A stretch of DNA of 64,000 nt from Clostridia bacterium. GTDB lineage: Bacteria; Bacillota; Clostridia; Christensenellales; Borkfalkiaceae. Under the pieces are notes generated by a model, which had not been told where the DNA came from, searched no databases, and saw nothing but the letters and a program-made list of their open reading frames with translations. Numbering within the stretch: the stretch's first letter is position 1; each line of letters starts with the position of its first letter. The position numbers and the translations under genes are program-made. Below, in pieces: positions 61,201 through 64,000 of the stretch. Where the stretch lies: positions 21,264 to 85,263 of the forward strand of contig JAFQEA010000016.1 of assembly GCA_017399185.1 (NCBI GenBank), given 5' to 3'.

Positions 61201-63119
61201 TGAAAATGACGATACTCGAATTCGAATATAAGCATATTCGAAAAATATCTTCCCTCAAAATGGCTTTTGTAAATACATCAGGAACGCTCATTCAAAACAA
61301 TTTTGTGATGATGGCAAACGGTACGGGTAAAACTACCACAATGTCGCTTATAAAAGGTCTTTTGGATGGCAGCGCAGCAAAGTGGTCGGAAGAAACAGTT
61401 CGCTCATTTGCGCCTACTATTAGTCAATCAAATAGAGGCGAATTCAGTATGACTGTAAAGTTTGATGAAAAGCAGTATAAGTATTTTTTGGTGTTAGACT
61501 ATGTTAATGGCGTCGCAAAGATCGAAACACTTGCTCCGCCTAAAGGTCGTGATGCCGGATTGCGTTTGCCGGAATCCATCAGGGGTATTTTTACTGCAGA
61601 GTTTGTAAGCCGTTTTGTCTTTGATGGAGAGCAAGCCAAGAAATCTATGGATAGAACATCAAACGAAGCAGATGAAACTATACGATATCTTTATCGTTTG
61701 GATGAATTGGATAAAATCTTGGCAATGAACGAAAGCATTTTGAAGGAAATTCAAAGCGCGGAAGGTGGTAACAAAGGAACACAAAGCTCTTTATGTAATC
61801 TTCGTTCTAGACAAGAGAAAGTGGCAGGTTTTTATAAACATCTCAAGGCAAGACAAAAGCAGCTAAAAGAAGATATTAGTGTATTTTTTGCAGAAAAGCT
61901 GGAGAAGGAAAATCAACGAAAAGAACTTGATAAAAACTACGAAGCACTTAACACTGAAAAACAAGGGATTGTTTCTGAGTTGGATAAAAACCGCGGCAAT
62001 ATAAATTCGCAAATTGTTGCTATTGTTGAGCTTGTAAAACTGCCATACTTGGTTAATGAGTTGCTTTGTCAGAGAATGTATGATTTGGGAGCAGGAATGA
62101 CGAAGTTGAAACTTCCCAAGAACAGCTCCAAGGACTTCTTTACCGAATTAGCTAATTCTCCAAAATGTGTTTGTGATAGGTGTATTGGCGAGGCGGAACG
62201 TTTAGCGATTTTGAAGAACGCAGAAAAATATCTTGGTAGTGAGCACCAGGCTGTTCTCAACACTATCAAAAGCGTGTTGATGTCAAGTTCTTACGATGAT
62301 AGACTGGTGCAAGCCTTGGAAGAGTTGGGAGCGTTACAAGAGCAAAAGACTCGCTTAGATGCAAGATTTAAAGATGTGGAGGACAGGCTTATTAAAGCTG
62401 GCGGCGCACAAGTTGAGCAGTTGCAAAAGGAAATTGAGGAGCTTGTTGCTAAGATTTCTGCTGCGCAAACGCAACTTGGTATAATTGAATCCAAAGACAA
62501 TACTGACGAAACTCTTACAGAGGAAAACAATCTTTATAAGGCTGAACGAGCTTATAATGAGTATGAGATTAAAATTGCTGCCACCACTAAAACAAACGCG
62601 GCTTTGCACAAAAAACAGATTGTTCAATCTCTGATTGATGAAATCAAGGTTCAGGCTACAAAGGCTCTGAAAAAAGAAATCATCAAAAAGACCAATGAAA
62701 AAATCAAGCGTGTAATTACCGACGATTTTATCGAAATCGATAATATCGATGGTTACATAAGGCTGAAAAACAGGGATGGTGCAAGTGAAGGACAAACGTT
62801 GAGCATCGGTTATTGTTTCCTCGGTACGTTGTTCGAAGATTCCGAATTGGAATTTCCGTTTGTTATTGACTCGCCTACAGGGAAAATGGATTTCGACAAG
62901 CGCCAAGCGGTTGCGGATATCATCCCCGTGGTATTTAAGCAAATGATAGCTTTCGTTCAATCTGCAGAGGTTGAACGCTTTGCTGATCAGTTTTATGATA
63001 ACAAAAATTCTCAATTCTTAACTGTTGTGGCTGATAAGGAGTCGGGAGAAGTCATTGTTCATGAGGGAATTGAATTCTTTAATTCCTATCAACATGAGCA
63101 CAAAGGAGATGAGGAATAA
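61200..63119 (+). CDS. SMC/DndD-like coiled-coil ABC-type ATPase (second copy in the cluster)
   Basis: Walker A MANGTGKTTTM, approximately 350-aa coiled coil, C-terminal LSIGYCFLG and FVIDSPTGKMD (Walker B/D-loop). 639 aa. Confidence 0.55.
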   Translation: MKMTILEFEYKHIRKISSLKMAFVNTSGTLIQNNFVMMANGTGKTTTMSLIKGLLDGSAAKWSEETVRSFAPTISQSNRGEFSMTVKFDEKQYKYFLVLDYVNGVAKIETLAPPKGRDAGLRLPESIRGIFTAEFVSRFVFDGEQAKKSMDRTSNEADETIRYLYRLDELDKILAMNESILKEIQSAEGGNKGTQSSLCNLRSRQEKVAGFYKHLKARQKQLKEDISVFFAEKLEKENQRKELDKNYEALNTEKQGIVSELDKNRGNINSQIVAIVELVKLPYLVNELLCQRMYDLGAGMTKLKLPKNSSKDFFTELANSPKCVCDRCIGEAERLAILKNAEKYLGSEHQAVLNTIKSVLMSSSYDDRLVQALEELGALQEQKTRLDARFKDVEDRLIKAGGAQVEQLQKEIEELVAKISAAQTQLGIIESKDNTDETLTEENNLYKAERAYNEYEIKIAATTKTNAALHKKQIVQSLIDEIKVQATKALKKEIIKKTNEKIKRVITDDFIEIDNIDGYIRLKNRDGASEGQTLSIGYCFLGTLFEDSELEFPFVIDSPTGKMDFDKRQAVADIIPVVFKQMIAFVQSAEVERFADQFYDNKNSQFLTVVADKESGEVIVHEGIEFFNSYQHEHKGDEE

Positions 63120-63607
63120 TGCATTTTAAACTATCTAAAAGCGCGAAAAACTTTTTTAGCAATATTATTAATCTCGAAGGTTCTCATGCCGCTGAAGATA
63201 AGAATAAGTTCATTCAGTTCGATGTTTACTATTGTTGTGCCTTGATTGGTATGGCAGCGGTGCAGCTGGACGAAGAAACTTCCGATCTTTCCGATATGGT
63301 AGAGAAATATCCCAAGCCATACGCACAATGCAAATCCTATATTGCCGGACTTTTAGTTGCTACCGAGGCTAAGAGATTGGGGATTGATTCACAAAGCACG
63401 AAACTTGAGGATATTATGATCCAATATCTCAGTAACGATGATACCATGCTTTCGGAAGAAGGAATAAAAACGCTAAATGCATATGCCTTAAAAGGGTACC
63501 ATCTAATACATGAATTTCCTCTTGAAGAGAAGCCTACTTCAAGAGAAGAATTCTTAGAAGCATTTTACATGGCGATGCAGTTTATAGCGCAGAATCGTGA
63601 GAACTAA
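63119..63607 (+). CDS. hypothetical protein, last gene of the four-gene coupled module
   Basis: 162 aa. TAATG overlap with the upstream ATPase gene. No motif recognised. Confidence 0.4.
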   Translation: MHFKLSKSAKNFFSNIINLEGSHAAEDKNKFIQFDVYYCCALIGMAAVQLDEETSDLSDMVEKYPKPYAQCKSYIAGLLVATEAKRLGIDSQSTKLEDIMIQYLSNDDTMLSEEGIKTLNAYALKGYHLIHEFPLEEKPTSREEFLEAFYMAMQFIAQNREN

Positions 63608-63655
63608 AATCATCCAAAAAACACCGCTACATTTGTGGCGGTGTTTTTTGGATGA
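63608..63655. terminator. bidirectional terminator
   Basis: aaaaaacaccgc-tacatttgt-ggcggtgtttttt. Confidence 0.6.
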
Positions 63656-63658
63656 TTT

Positions 63659-64000
63659 TTATTGTGAAAATGAAGTTTTCAGACCGTCGCTCAATTGTGT
63701 ATGCAAAACAGTTAGATTCGATTCGCTATAATATTTTTTAACGAATTTTTTGTATACATCTGTTATCTCGGGTACTGATTTGCTCTGTCCCTTTAGGGAT
63801 ACAAGGTTTTGGTATTCGCTTAAATTTTCAATATTATCAACAAATATTTTTATATGCTTGGGCATGCTTGTCCCAGGCTGATTGTAGTGATTTTTGATTA
63901 AGTTGATTTTTGTGACAATATCTTTTACGCCTAATGAACCATTTAAGGCTGTTGGGAGAATTATATAATTTGCTGTGTGCCCCTTATATACAGTTGTTAA
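63659..64000 (-). CDS. hypothetical protein, 3' part; the start lies beyond the window
   Basis: The reading frame is open from the right edge to the stop at 63659. Manual translation: …NHYNQPGTSMPKHIKIFVDNIENL…. Confidence 0.3.
   Translation of the reverse strand, partial: LTTVYKGHTANYIILPTALNGSLGVKDIVTKINLIKNHYNQPGTSMPKHIKIFVDNIENLSEYQNLVSLKGQSKSVPEITDVYKKFVKKYYSESNLTVLHTQLSDGLKTSFSQ

Noticed and set aside
62355-63014. 219-aa minus-strand ORF inside the SMC-like ATPase gene
   Set aside because: Antisense to a strongly supported CDS in AT-rich DNA. The translation is low complexity (poly Phe/Leu/Asn), so it is spurious.
1-64000. Search for tRNA, rRNA or tmRNA genes (GGTTCGAATCC-type T-arm signatures, long GC-rich structured stretches)
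   Set aside because: No convincing T-arm or anticodon-stem patterns, or rRNA-like segments, were seen. No RNA genes are called.

Overview
The window looks like a chromosomal segment from a Firmicutes / Clostridia-like genome, with roughly mid-40s % GC by eye. The core part holds the 3' end of a V-type ATPase operon (subunits B and D), a GH2 glycosidase, an AbrB-like regulator followed by ABC transporter genes, fused ispDF, and the rpoB-rpoC genes followed by rpsL-rpsG-fusA-tuf. After that come a flotillin/NfeD pair, a Fic protein, several large secreted cysteine-repeat proteins, transporters and housekeeping enzymes. Two things stand out. First, nearly every intergenic region in the left 34 kb carries a modular, BOX-like dispersed repeat family, and a second short 24-bp motif recurs at gene ends. 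Second, the right ~13.5 kb (about 50.5 kb to the window end) has different composition and codon usage. It begins at a degraded peptide-deformylase remnant and carries a UvrD-like helicase with zinc ribbons, a dndB-dndC-dndD-dndE DNA-phosphorothioation cluster, and directly downstream a tightly overlapping four-gene module. That module encodes a PLD-like nuclease fused to an SF2 helicase, a small acidic protein, a second SMC-like ATPase and a small protein. Its architecture does not match the canonical DndFGH restriction partner, so it is a candidate undescribed phosphorothioate-linked defence module. No tRNA, rRNA or CRISPR array was found.
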